Source: an uncultured bacterium (GTDB lineage: Bacteria; Planctomycetota; UBA1135; GCA-002686595). From it: a stretch of DNA of 64,000 nucleotides. The stretch covers positions 1,056,001 to 1,120,000 of the forward strand of contig CALSNU010000001.1 in assembly GCA_943787795.1 (NCBI GenBank), read 5' to 3'. Positions within the stretch are counted from its first letter, which is position 1. Each line of letters begins with the position of its first letter. This document shows positions 42,884 through 52,548 of the stretch, in pieces. The notes beneath the pieces were generated by a model, which was not told the DNA's origin, ran no database searches, and saw nothing but the letters and a program-made list of their open reading frames with translations. A program made the translations under genes and the position numbers.

Positions 42884-45451
42884 GTGCGCCTCGTCCACCT
42901 CCTCCTCATCCTCCTGGTCGGGGCGTTCACGCTCTCTGAGGGCGCGGCGGCGAGGCAGCTCACAGAGCGTGCCCAGCTTGATTGGGACCGACCGCTCGTC
43001 ATGGACGTGGCCGTCTCCGGGCTCACGGCGCACGACGCCGAGCAGGTCGTGGGGCGCCTGGGGGTCCGTGTGGGAAAGCCCATCCCGAGGTCGATCAGCC
43101 TCGCTCAGAAGAGGCTCTGGGAGGACTTCCGAATCCTGATCGCGAGAGACGGGTATCTCTTCGAGGAGGTCGAGGGCGGCGTCCGCGTGCGCCTCAAGTT
43201 CATCGAGTCCCCGGTGGACCTTGACCCACGCTTCGTGGGTAACAACAACTTCGACGTCGCAAGGCTCCGTGAGTGGGCGCAGCTGGATGACCGCGTGGAG
43301 GTGTACGCCGACGAGGCGCCGAAGGTCGCGGAGCGCATCCGGACGGCCTATCGCCGGCAGGGGTACTACTTCGTAGAGGTTGAGCCGAGGATCCGGGGCG
43401 ATGGGGGCGTCCGCTATGAGGAGATCATCTTCGAGATCCGCGAGGGTCCAAAGGTCTATGTGAAGGGCGTCGAGGTTGTCGGCAACGAGTCGATCCCGGA
43501 GATCGGAATCCTCTTCTGGAAGCAGAGCCTTCTGAAGACCGCGCAGCTGGGCACCAAGGGGCGGGGCCTGTTCGCGTGGTGGGGGCACCGCTTCGTGGAG
43601 CAGGTCGTCCAGGAGGACGTGCTCGCCATCGCCGGCGTCTACCGAGATCGTGGTTATCTCGACGCGGTGGTCGGCTACGAGCTCGACTTCAACGACGACA
43701 GAAGCGGGGTGCGTGTGACCTTCAACATTGACGAGGGCGAGCCTTACCGCGTTTCGAAGGTGAGCTTCCAGGCCCTTGAGAAGGAGCTCGTCGAGGTCAC
43801 GCCCGGCGGGCGCCGGGAGGCGGAGTTCCGGGAGGTGGAGCTCTCCATCCCGGAGGAGGAGCTTCGCTCGCTCCTCTCCCTCGAGCCAGGCGTCATCTAC
43901 GAGGCGGTCCGGATCGCGCTCGACGCTCAATCCTTCAGGGACCGGTATGGGGAGGAAGGCTATATCGATGCCGGCTCCTTTGACGACCCCACGGGTGTCG
44001 CGGGCTGGAGCTTCCTCAACCCCAGTCTCGTCTACGACGTCGAGAACAAGACCGTCGCCGTCACCTATCGCATCCAGGAGGGCCGCCGGTTCTTCCTGCG
44101 CTTCCTCGAGATCGAGGGCAACGAACACACCAAGGACCACGTCATCCGGCGCCGCTTTGCCCAGCTGGAGGGGGAGCGCGTGGACTCGAAGGAGCTCCGA
44201 GCTGGGCTGCGCCGGGTCACGGCAACGGGATACTTCAACGACGACTATGCACAGGGGGGCCACCCGCCGCCGTCGCTCCGCTACCGCCCTGTGGAGGGCG
44301 AGCCCGACCTCGTGGACGCCGTCGTCGAGGTCAAGGAAGGCCGGACGATCAACGCGAACGTCTCAGGCGGCGTCGCGAGCGACCAGGGGCTCATCGGAAT
44401 CATCTCCCTGTCGATCGGCAACTTCGACGCGAAGAAGCTGCCGTCCAGCCTGCTTGGAACCTTCGGCGAGGTGTACCGCAAGGAGGCCTTCACAGGCAAC
44501 GACGAGCGGTTTGGGGTCGACCTCTCGCCGGGTTCCGAGGTCAGCTCCTGGCGTGTCATCTACAGTCACCCGGACTTCCTGAAGCGCTACTTCGACCCGC
44601 TGGGTCTGACCTTCGAGGTGGTGGCAAGGGACCGGATCTTCCGTTCGCACGACGAGAATCGAAAGTTCTTCCGGGCCGCCCTGACCCGAGCCTTTGGCCA
44701 GGGCGATTACAGCGCAAGCGTCGGGTTCCGGACCGAGTCCATCCGGATCGATGATCTGGACACGTCCGTTGAGCTGCCCCGGACACTGGTGGACTCCGTG
44801 GGGACCGAGGACTACGTCGGGCTGACCGCCTCGCTCAGCGCGAACTTCCTCGACAACCCGCGCCTGCCACGCTTCGGCTGGTCGGCCCGCTGGACGAACA
44901 CGCTGTACCCGACCGCCTTCGGGAGTGACGCGAACCTGTTCAAGTCCGAGGCCTCGTACGACAAGTACTTCTATCTCTCCCCTGACCGGGAGTCGGCGGC
45001 ACCTGGCATCTACGTCGGCCTCGGCGCCGGGCTCGCGGTGCCCTTCAATGAGGAGGAGGGCAGCGTGAACTACGGCGAGCGCTTCTTCTTCGGCGGCTCT
45101 CGCTTCGGTCGGGGCTTCCGCTTCCGCGGGGTCGGGCCCTACGAGGGCGCCTACCCCCTGGGAGGGGAGACCTTCCTCAGGGCGACCACCGAGTACCGGG
45201 TTCCGCTCTACACCCAGCCGGTACCGGGCACGGCACGACGCAGAGAGGTCTTCCGGGGCTCCCTCTTCGTGGATGCCGGAGTGCTCGACCCCGAGGCCTA
45301 CCAGGTCGACTTCAACGAGACGCGGGTCTCCGCTGGCTTCGCCCTCGGCATGATCCAGCCGTTCCCGGTCACCTTCAGCTTCGGGTGGCCCCTCAAGTCC
45401 GACGCGGCGGACGAGACCCAGGTCTTTGCGTTCAGCCTGACGCTCCGTTGA
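42884..45451 (+). CDS. bamA: Outer membrane protein assembly factor, BamA/Omp85 family
   Basis: Signal peptide, POTRA-like segments (F.GN, Y...GY, I.EG, GN..T.D.VIRR), barrel with ERFFFGG...RGF.FRGVGP and F.DAG; upstream of lpxD. Confidence 0.88.
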   Translation: MRLVHLLLILLVGAFTLSEGAAARQLTERAQLDWDRPLVMDVAVSGLTAHDAEQVVGRLGVRVGKPIPRSISLAQKRLWEDFRILIARDGYLFEEVEGGVRVRLKFIESPVDLDPRFVGNNNFDVARLREWAQLDDRVEVYADEAPKVAERIRTAYRRQGYYFVEVEPRIRGDGGVRYEEIIFEIREGPKVYVKGVEVVGNESIPEIGILFWKQSLLKTAQLGTKGRGLFAWWGHRFVEQVVQEDVLAIAGVYRDRGYLDAVVGYELDFNDDRSGVRVTFNIDEGEPYRVSKVSFQALEKELVEVTPGGRREAEFREVELSIPEEELRSLLSLEPGVIYEAVRIALDAQSFRDRYGEEGYIDAGSFDDPTGVAGWSFLNPSLVYDVENKTVAVTYRIQEGRRFFLRFLEIEGNEHTKDHVIRRRFAQLEGERVDSKELRAGLRRVTATGYFNDDYAQGGHPPPSLRYRPVEGEPDLVDAVVEVKEGRTINANVSGGVASDQGLIGIISLSIGNFDAKKLPSSLLGTFGEVYRKEAFTGNDERFGVDLSPGSEVSSWRVIYSHPDFLKRYFDPLGLTFEVVARDRIFRSHDENRKFFRAALTRAFGQGDYSASVGFRTESIRIDDLDTSVELPRTLVDSVGTEDYVGLTASLSANFLDNPRLPRFGWSARWTNTLYPTAFGSDANLFKSEASYDKYFYLSPDRESAAPGIYVGLGAGLAVPFNEEEGSVNYGERFFFGGSRFGRGFRFRGVGPYEGAYPLGGETFLRATTEYRVPLYTQPVPGTARRREVFRGSLFVDAGVLDPEAYQVDFNETRVSAGFALGMIQPFPVTFSFGWPLKSDAADETQVFAFSLTLR

Positions 45452-45578
45452 TCGCGTCGCTCGGGCTCCTCGAAGAGCCGGCCTCACTTGGTTTGACTTG
45501 GCGGGTGCCTGGGGGCACCCTCTGGCCAACGGACGGCCTCCCTGGGAGGTCCCGAGCCCAATGCTGCCCAAGCGTCTC

Positions 45579-46697
45579 ATGAGTGCACGAAGCCTGGACG
45601 AACTCGCCGCCCTGTGCGGCGCTGATCTTGAAGGGGACGGCACAAGGCAGATCTCCGGCCCCTGTGGTCTGGCGGAGGCCGTGGAGGGACAGATCTCTTT
45701 TCTGACCCAGGCCGCCTACGCGCCCCTCGTCGAGAGCACGGGGGCGAGCGCTGTGGTGTTGGCCCGCGACGTGGTGGTCGAGCGAGGAGACCTCGCGCTG
45801 CTCCGCTGCGACGACCCTGAGGAGGCCTTCACCCAGGTGATCCTCGCCTTCGCGCCCGAGGTCCCCCCCGTCCCGCAGGGCGTGGACCCCAGCGCGGTCA
45901 TTCACCCGACCGCTCAGCTGGGCGAGGGCGTCAGGGTCGGCCCCCTGGTCAGCGTGGGGCTCGGCGCGACGGTCGGGCCTCGGGCGGTCCTGCATGCGGG
46001 GGTGCAGGTCGGCGCTCACGCGGAGGTCGGCGGGGACACGGAGCTCCACCCCAACGTCGTGCTCTACCCGCACACCCGGGTCGGGGAGCGCTGCGTCATC
46101 CACGCGAACTCGGTCCTTGGATCGGACGGGTTCGGGTTCCTGTTCAATGGCGCGCGGTGGGCGAAGACTCCCCAGGTGGGGAACGTCGTCCTGGGGGATG
46201 ACGTCGAGATCGGCGCGGGCTGCACCGTGGACTGCGCGCGGTTTGGCTCCACCACGATCTCGGAGGGCTGCAGGCTCGACAACCTCGTTCACGTGGGGCA
46301 CAACGTCACCGTGGGGAAGCACTCGCTGCTGCTTGCGCAGGTGGGGGTCGCAGGCTCCACCCATATCGGGGAGGGAGTGATCCTCGCCGGGCAGTCCGGT
46401 GTGGCCGGGCACCTCTCCATCGGGGACGGCGTGCAGGTGGCCGCGCGGGCCGGAGTGACCAAGGACCTCGCCGCTGGGGGGCAGTTCTACGGGTACCCCG
46501 CGGGGCCTCGACGGGAGCGCCTGCGCTCCATCGCTCGCACCCAGCGCCTCCCTGGCGAGCTGGAGTCGCTTCGGGGCGAGGTCCAGGATCTCCGCGAGAG
46601 GCTCGAATCGGCGCTCGTACGGCTGGAATCAGCAGGGGAGGGTGCGCTGGAAGCAGCCATCGACGACACTCCCCCCGAGGAGGATCAGAGCTCATGA
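45579..46697 (+). CDS. lpxD: UDP-3-O-acyl-glucosamine N-acyltransferase
   Basis: Hexapeptide repeats, GSDGFGF, PQVG.V...DDVEIGA...D, DNLV.VGHN, G..GVAGS, G.PA. Confidence 0.95.
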   Translation: MSARSLDELAALCGADLEGDGTRQISGPCGLAEAVEGQISFLTQAAYAPLVESTGASAVVLARDVVVERGDLALLRCDDPEEAFTQVILAFAPEVPPVPQGVDPSAVIHPTAQLGEGVRVGPLVSVGLGATVGPRAVLHAGVQVGAHAEVGGDTELHPNVVLYPHTRVGERCVIHANSVLGSDGFGFLFNGARWAKTPQVGNVVLGDDVEIGAGCTVDCARFGSTTISEGCRLDNLVHVGHNVTVGKHSLLLAQVGVAGSTHIGEGVILAGQSGVAGHLSIGDGVQVAARAGVTKDLAAGGQFYGYPAGPRRERLRSIARTQRLPGELESLRGEVQDLRERLESALVRLESAGEGALEAAIDDTPPEEDQSS

Positions 46698-47986
46698 GTC
46701 GCAGGCAGTACACGCTCCGCACTCCGGTCGAGGTGACCGGGGTCGGGCTGCACACAGGGGAGGAGACCCAGGTCAGGGTGGCGCCGGCGCCGCCGGACCA
46801 TGGGATCGAGTTCGTGCGAACGGACATCGACGACGCGCCCTCCGTGCCGGCCCTCATCGGCAACCAGTCCCCGAAGGATCGCCGGACACGCCTGGTGCGA
46901 GACCGGGTCGAGGTGGAGACCGTCGAGCACTTCCTCGCGGCCTGCAAGGGGCTGGGGGTGGACAACCTCCGGGTCGAGATGTCGGGGTCGGAGTTCCCTG
47001 GCGTTGACGGGAGCGCGGCGCCCTTTGTTGAGCTTCTGGAGAGCGGCGGCCTCGTCGAGCAGAAGCCCGCCGCCAAGGTCTTCCGCCTCGAGGAGCCGGT
47101 CTTCGTGCGTGACGGCAACGCGACGCTGGTCGCGCTGCCCACGGAGAAAGACGTCCTCACGCTTCAGTACGTCGCCTCCTTCGAGGAGCCGGGGGTGGAG
47201 TCGGGCAGCTACCAGTTCGACGTGGACCCCGAGACGTTCAAGGCGGAGATCGCCTCGGCTCGCACGTTCTGCCTCGCGTCCGAGGTGGAGGCGCTCCAGG
47301 CGGCAGGCCTCGGGAAGGGGGCGACGCGCGACAACACCCTGGTGCTCGGCGACCCCGACACCGAGATGCGCATGGAGGGCGAGCCCGTTCGGCACAAGAT
47401 GCTGGACCTGGTCGGCGACCTCTCGCTCCTCGGGTCCGACTTGATCGCCCACGTGATCGCGACCCGCAGCGGTCACGCCACCAACGCAGAGCTGGTGCGC
47501 CGGCTCCTGGCGATCATCGAGGCGAAGGAGGCCAGTGGGCTCGTGGAGCGCGAGTCGGGGATGGATATCCGGCGCATCCTCGAGCAGCTTCCGCACCGCT
47601 ATCCGTTCCTCTTGATTGACCGGGTCATCGAGGTCCAGGGCTTCCAGCGGGCCGTGGGGATCAAGAACGTCACGATCAACGAGCCCTACTTCCAGGGGCA
47701 CTTCCCCGACATCCCCCTCATGCCAGGGGTGCTCCAGCTCGAGGCGATGGCCCAGCTCTCGGGGATGCTGCTGCTGCGCAAGCTCGAATTCAGCGGGAAG
47801 CTCGCCGTCCTCTGGTCCATGGACAAGGTCAAGCTGCGCGGCGGCGTGACCCCCGGAGACCAGCTCCGCCTGGAGGTGGAGACGGTCCGCATCAAGGGCG
47901 ACACCATCAAGGTCCGCGGCTCCGGCTCCGTGGCGGGCAGGCCCGTCTGCGAAGCCGAGCTCATGTTCACCATGCTGGAGGCCTGA
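46694..47986 (+). CDS. lpxC/fabZ: Fused LpxC deacetylase / FabZ 3-hydroxyacyl-ACP dehydratase
   Basis: G.GLHTG, TVEH, DGSA, IA.ARTF, RHKMLDL.GD (LpxC), then LPHRYPFLLIDR, GHFP..P.MPGVL..EAMAQ (FabZ). Confidence 0.96.
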   Translation: MSRRQYTLRTPVEVTGVGLHTGEETQVRVAPAPPDHGIEFVRTDIDDAPSVPALIGNQSPKDRRTRLVRDRVEVETVEHFLAACKGLGVDNLRVEMSGSEFPGVDGSAAPFVELLESGGLVEQKPAAKVFRLEEPVFVRDGNATLVALPTEKDVLTLQYVASFEEPGVESGSYQFDVDPETFKAEIASARTFCLASEVEALQAAGLGKGATRDNTLVLGDPDTEMRMEGEPVRHKMLDLVGDLSLLGSDLIAHVIATRSGHATNAELVRRLLAIIEAKEASGLVERESGMDIRRILEQLPHRYPFLLIDRVIEVQGFQRAVGIKNVTINEPYFQGHFPDIPLMPGVLQLEAMAQLSGMLLLRKLEFSGKLAVLWSMDKVKLRGGVTPGDQLRLEVETVRIKGDTIKVRGSGSVAGRPVCEAELMFTMLEA

Positions 47987-48005
47987 TCAGCAGTTGTCGA
48001 AGACC

Positions 48006-48869
48006 ATGTCCCAGCAGATCCACCATACCGCGCAGATCGCGGACGGCGCCGAGCTCGGCGACGGCGTCGTGATTGGCCCCTCGGCCATCGTCGGGCCCCA
48101 CGTCAAGATCGGCGACCGAACGCGCATCGGTCCCCTGGTCGTCGTGGACGGCCACACCACCATCGGCGAGGACAACGTCATCGTCGGCCAGGCGAGCCTC
48201 GGAGCGGCGCCTCAGGACCTCTCGTATCGCGGCGAGCCGACGATGCTCGAGATCGGTGACCGGAACACGATCCGCGAGTTCGTGAGCATCAACCGCGGCA
48301 CCGTGAAGGGGGGCGGGGTGACCCGGGTCGGCTCCGACAACCTCATCATGGCCTGCTGTCACGTGGCCCATGACTGCGAGCTGGAGGACAACATCGTCCT
48401 CTCGAACAGCACGGGCCTCGCGGGCCACGTGAAGGTCGGGCGCAACGCCAACCTGTCCGGGATGTGCGGGATCGTCCACTTCGTCTCCATCGGAGAGTTC
48501 GCCTTCCTGGCGGGCATGACGCGCCTCGCGCGGGACGTGCCCCCCTACATGATCATCGAGGGGCACGAGGGCCGCGTGCGCGGGGTCAACGCGGTCGGGC
48601 TCGCCCGCGGGGGCGTCGAGGAGCCCGACCAGATGGCCCTCCGAGGGGCTTACAAGCGGATCTTCCGCGGCGACGAGCCCCAGAGCGCCGTCCTCGAGAA
48701 GATGCGGGGCGAGGACCACGAGTCCGCGCTCGTACAGCAGCTGGTCGCCGCCATGAGCCAGATGGAAGGGGCCCTCCGGGGCCGCGTCCGGGAGGGTCAG
48801 CGGGAGGACTTCATGGAAGTGGGCCGCAAGCTGATGCGCGAGATGGGCGTGCCGGGCTTCGAAGACTGA
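48006..48869 (+). CDS. lpxA: Acyl-ACP--UDP-GlcNAc O-acyltransferase
   Basis: IH.TA, G..PQDL.Y.GE.T, IREF.SI.RGT, HVAHDC, LAGHV, DVPPY, N.VGL.R. Confidence 0.96.
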   Translation: MSQQIHHTAQIADGAELGDGVVIGPSAIVGPHVKIGDRTRIGPLVVVDGHTTIGEDNVIVGQASLGAAPQDLSYRGEPTMLEIGDRNTIREFVSINRGTVKGGGVTRVGSDNLIMACCHVAHDCELEDNIVLSNSTGLAGHVKVGRNANLSGMCGIVHFVSIGEFAFLAGMTRLARDVPPYMIIEGHEGRVRGVNAVGLARGGVEEPDQMALRGAYKRIFRGDEPQSAVLEKMRGEDHESALVQQLVAAMSQMEGALRGRVREGQREDFMEVGRKLMREMGVPGFED

Positions 48870-48905
48870 CCCGGCGGCCGCGGGTCGTTATGCTCCGCCG
48901 CAGCC

Positions 48906-51900
48906 ATGAAGCTGCGACCCGTCAGGCCCGAAGTCGACTTCCCCGCCCTCGAGGCCCGCGTCCTGGATCACTGGGACGCCACCGACGCGTTCCGCAAGAG
49001 CGTGGAGCAGCGTCCCGAGGAGGACCGCTTCGTCTTCTATGACGGGCCGCCCTTCGCGACCGGGCTCCCGCACTACGGGCACTTCGTTGCCAGCGTCCTG
49101 AAGGACATTGTCCCGCGCTACTGGGCCATGAAGGGCAAGCGCGTGGAGCGCCGCTGGGGCTGGGACTGCCACGGGTTGCCGGTGGAGAACGAGACCCAGA
49201 AGGAGCTCGGGCTGGACTCCAAGGCCGACATCGACGAGCTGGGGATCGAGCGCTTCAACGAGGCCTGCCGCAGCATCGTGCTGCGATACACCGGCGAGTG
49301 GCAGCAGTCGATCCGTCGCCTGGGGCGCTGGGTCGATCACGACAGCGGCTACAAGACCATGGACGCCGACTTCATGGAGTCGGTGTGGTGGGTCTTCTCG
49401 GAGCTCTGGGAGAAGGGGCGGATCTATGAGGGGTACCGCGTGCAGCCGGTATCCCCGGCGCTCGGGACGCCCCTCTCCAACTTCGAGGTCGCCCAGGGAC
49501 CCCAGGAGCGAGACCCCGTCACGAAGAAGGACGGACACAAGCGCCGCCAGGATCCGAGCCTGACCGTCCGGTTCCAGCTCGAGGACGAGGACGCGAGCCT
49601 GTGGGCCTGGACCACCACGCCCTGGACGTTGCCGTCCAACCTCGCACTCGCCGTGAATCCGGGCGTGGAGTACGTGCGCTTCAAGGTCGTCGAGACCGGC
49701 GAGGTCGCCTACGCCGAGCCGAGCCGGCTCGCGGACTATCAGTCACGCGGCCGCGTGGGGGAGACGGAGGAGCTCGGCAGGCTGCCGGGCGCCGACTTGG
49801 TCGGGCGCCGCTATCGACCGCTCCTGCCGTACTTTGAACAGTACGCCGAGGGGGAGGGGGACGCGCGCCAGGCCTTCTTCGTCGTCTCTGCGGATTACGT
49901 CGAGACGTCCAGCGGTACGGGGATCGTTCACCAGGCGCCCGCGTTCGGTGAGGACGACTTCCAGACGGGCAAGGCGAACGGCTTGCCCCTCGTGAATCCC
50001 CTCTCGCTCACGGGGCACTTTGGGCCCGAGGTGGGCGACTTCGAGGGCCAGTTCGCCAAGGACGCGGACAAGGCCATCACCGTGCACCTCCGCGGGCTGG
50101 GGTCCGTGGTGGACCAGGACACCTACGTTCACCCCTATCCGCACTGCTATCGGACAGGGACCCCGCTGCTCTACATGGCGCTCTCCACCTGGTTCATGGA
50201 GGTGGAGCCCATGCGGGACGAGCTCGTCTCGAACAATCAGAAGACCCACTGGGTCCCCGAGGCCGTCGGCACGGGGCGCTTCGGAAACTGGCTCGCCTCG
50301 GCGCGGGACTGGAACCTCTCGCGGAACCGTTTCTGGGGGACGCCGCTCCCCATCTGGCGCTGCGACGAGGACCCCTCGGACATGGTCTGCGTGGGGAGCC
50401 GCGAACGCCTGGAGGAGCTCTGCGGGCTCGAGAAGGGGTCCGTCACGGACCTGCACCGCGACCGCATCGACCACCTCACCTTCCCGTCCGAGAGGACTCC
50501 CGGCGGCACCATGCGCCGCATCCCCGAGGTCTTCGACTGCTGGTTCGAGTCTGGCTCCATGCCCTACGCGGAGCACCACTACCCCTTCGAGAACCGCGAG
50601 CTGGTGGAGCAGAACCTCCCGGCGGACTTCATCGCGGAGGGGCTCGATCAGACCCGCGGGTGGTTCTACACGCTGACCGTGCTCTCCACGGCGCTCTTCG
50701 GCCGCCCTGCCTTCAAGAACGTGATCGTCAACGGCATCGTGCTCGCCGAGGACGGCGAGAAGATGTCGAAGTCGAAGCGCAACTTCCCCGACCCCAACCT
50801 CGTGCTGGAGAAGCTCGGGGCGGACGCCCTGCGTATCTACCTCGCGAGCTCGCCGGTGGTGAACGCCAAGTCCCTGCGCTTCGCAGAGGACGGGGTGCGC
50901 GAGCAGGTCCGGAGCGTGCTGCTGCCGCTTTGGAATGCCTACTCGTTCCTGACCCGCTACGCCGACGTCGATGGCTGGGAGCCGGATGGGCAGGCACCCT
51001 CGACCGATGTCAACGAGCTCGACGCGTGGATTCTCTCGCGGCTCCAGACGCTCCTCGCGGACGTCGAGGACCGGATGTCCCGCTACGAGCTCTTCCGGGT
51101 CGTCCCGGCCCTCCTCGAGTTCATCGACGACCTCACCAACTGGTACATCCGCCGCAGCCGCCGCCGCTTCTGGCGCGGCGCCTCGGACGCCCACGCAGAG
51201 GACAAGGGGAACGCGTACAGGACGCTCTACCACGTGCTCCTGACGCTCTCGAAGGTCCTGGCCCCTTTCGTGCCGTTCATCACCGAGGAGATCCACGGCA
51301 ACCTGTCGGACGGCGGGCGTGAGTCGGTCCACCTCGAGGACTACCCCGTTGCGGATCGGTCGCTCCAGGACGCCGGCCTTGAGCGCCGCATGGGCCTCGC
51401 TCGGACCGCCGTGAGCCTGGGTCGCGGCCTGCGGGCCAAGCACGACGTGCGGATCCGGCAGCCGCTGCCCTCGATGACGGTGGTGATGGCGGATCCTGAG
51501 GATCGCGCCTCCCTCGAGCGCATGGCCGAGATCGTGAGGGATGAGCTCAACGTAAAGGAGCTGCGGGTGTCCTCCGAGGAGGCGGACTTCGTGAGCTACT
51601 CGGCGAGGCCCAACCTCAAGGTGCTCGGGCCTCGATATGGCAAGAGCATCGGGGCCATCCGAGCGGAGATCGGGCGCTTCACAGGTGATCAGCTGGCCCT
51701 GGTCGTCGCGGGTGGCAGCCTCCAGAGCGAGGCCATCGCCGAGCTTCGATACGACGAGACGACCCTCCTGGTGGACCGCGCGTCCCGGGAGGGCACGGTG
51801 GTCGACACCCTGGACGGCGTCACCGTGGCGCTCGACGTCACGCTCGATGACGCTCTGCGTTTGGAGGGGCTCGCGCGCGAGCTGGTGAATCGGATCCAGG

Positions 51901-52118
51901 GGCTGCGCAAGGAGCAGGAGTTCGACCTGGACGACAGGATCCAGGTGCAGATCGGCTGCGACGGTCTGCTCGCGGACGCGCTCAAGGTGCACTGGGGGCT
52001 GATCTCGGATGAGGTGCTCGCCACCGGGGAAGCGCCTGATACGAGCGTCACGCCAGGCGAAGGAAAGGCCTTCGACGTGGACGGGATGTCTGCGTCGATC
52101 GAGATCGCGCGAGTTTGA
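48906..52118 (+). CDS. ileS: Isoleucyl-tRNA synthetase, type 2 (eukaryote/archaea-like)
   Basis: FYDGPPFATGLPHYGH, GWDCHGLPVE, WTTTPWTLPSN, DWNLSRNRFWGTP, AEGLDQTRGWFY, KMSKSKRN; long C-terminus (EGLARELVNRIQ.LRK) without the type-1 Zn finger. Confidence 0.97.
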   Translation: MKLRPVRPEVDFPALEARVLDHWDATDAFRKSVEQRPEEDRFVFYDGPPFATGLPHYGHFVASVLKDIVPRYWAMKGKRVERRWGWDCHGLPVENETQKELGLDSKADIDELGIERFNEACRSIVLRYTGEWQQSIRRLGRWVDHDSGYKTMDADFMESVWWVFSELWEKGRIYEGYRVQPVSPALGTPLSNFEVAQGPQERDPVTKKDGHKRRQDPSLTVRFQLEDEDASLWAWTTTPWTLPSNLALAVNPGVEYVRFKVVETGEVAYAEPSRLADYQSRGRVGETEELGRLPGADLVGRRYRPLLPYFEQYAEGEGDARQAFFVVSADYVETSSGTGIVHQAPAFGEDDFQTGKANGLPLVNPLSLTGHFGPEVGDFEGQFAKDADKAITVHLRGLGSVVDQDTYVHPYPHCYRTGTPLLYMALSTWFMEVEPMRDELVSNNQKTHWVPEAVGTGRFGNWLASARDWNLSRNRFWGTPLPIWRCDEDPSDMVCVGSRERLEELCGLEKGSVTDLHRDRIDHLTFPSERTPGGTMRRIPEVFDCWFESGSMPYAEHHYPFENRELVEQNLPADFIAEGLDQTRGWFYTLTVLSTALFGRPAFKNVIVNGIVLAEDGEKMSKSKRNFPDPNLVLEKLGADALRIYLASSPVVNAKSLRFAEDGVREQVRSVLLPLWNAYSFLTRYADVDGWEPDGQAPSTDVNELDAWILSRLQTLLADVEDRMSRYELFRVVPALLEFIDDLTNWYIRRSRRRFWRGASDAHAEDKGNAYRTLYHVLLTLSKVLAPFVPFITEEIHGNLSDGGRESVHLEDYPVADRSLQDAGLERRMGLARTAVSLGRGLRAKHDVRIRQPLPSMTVVMADPEDRASLERMAEIVRDELNVKELRVSSEEADFVSYSARPNLKVLGPRYGKSIGAIRAEIGRFTGDQLALVVAGGSLQSEAIAELRYDETTLLVDRASREGTVVDTLDGVTVALDVTLDDALRLEGLARELVNRIQGLRKEQEFDLDDRIQVQIGCDGLLADALKVHWGLISDEVLATGEAPDTSVTPGEGKAFDVDGMSASIEIARV

Positions 52119-52548
52119 CCGCAGGTCGCGCGTTGTGACGGCCCCCGACCGGTGCTACCTTCGGACCTCGGGGGTGTCCCTGGCGCCGCAGGTGAACTCG
52201 TCAATGAGCCCCGGAGCCGAATAATCGACACATGGGCCACGAACGGTTGCGGACGTGACAAGCATCACGTCGGGCCCGGCCCACCTTGGAATCGGATGGT
52301 TCCAGGGCCGATCTCGAGCACGGCAGTGCTGGGGCCCCCCGTGTCTCTCACTCCTCCCCGCTGGGGGCGGAGCGCGCCCGCCGCGGATTCGCTGCCCGCG
52401 CAGAACCCCGAACGGCGCGAGTCTCGCGGATAGGAGCCTCGAATGGCTCGCCCCGGCTCGGTAGGATCGGACGTGTCAGAGGCCGACCCGCGGTGGGACG
52501 GCCCATGGCACCGCACCACTTTCATCAACGGCTGGAGGGGAACCGACC

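Noticed and set aside
40874..44263. 1129-aa minus-strand ORF (and similar long antisense ORFs such as 1025-2953, 2620-4398, 15678-17576, 27617-29590, 49743-51992)
   Set aside because: Shadow frames of real high-GC genes on the opposite strand, with no motifs of their own
52119..52548. Possible riboswitch (e.g. c-di-AMP) ahead of the L,D-transpeptidase
   Set aside because: No conserved riboswitch motifs recognisable by eye; needs an Infernal scan
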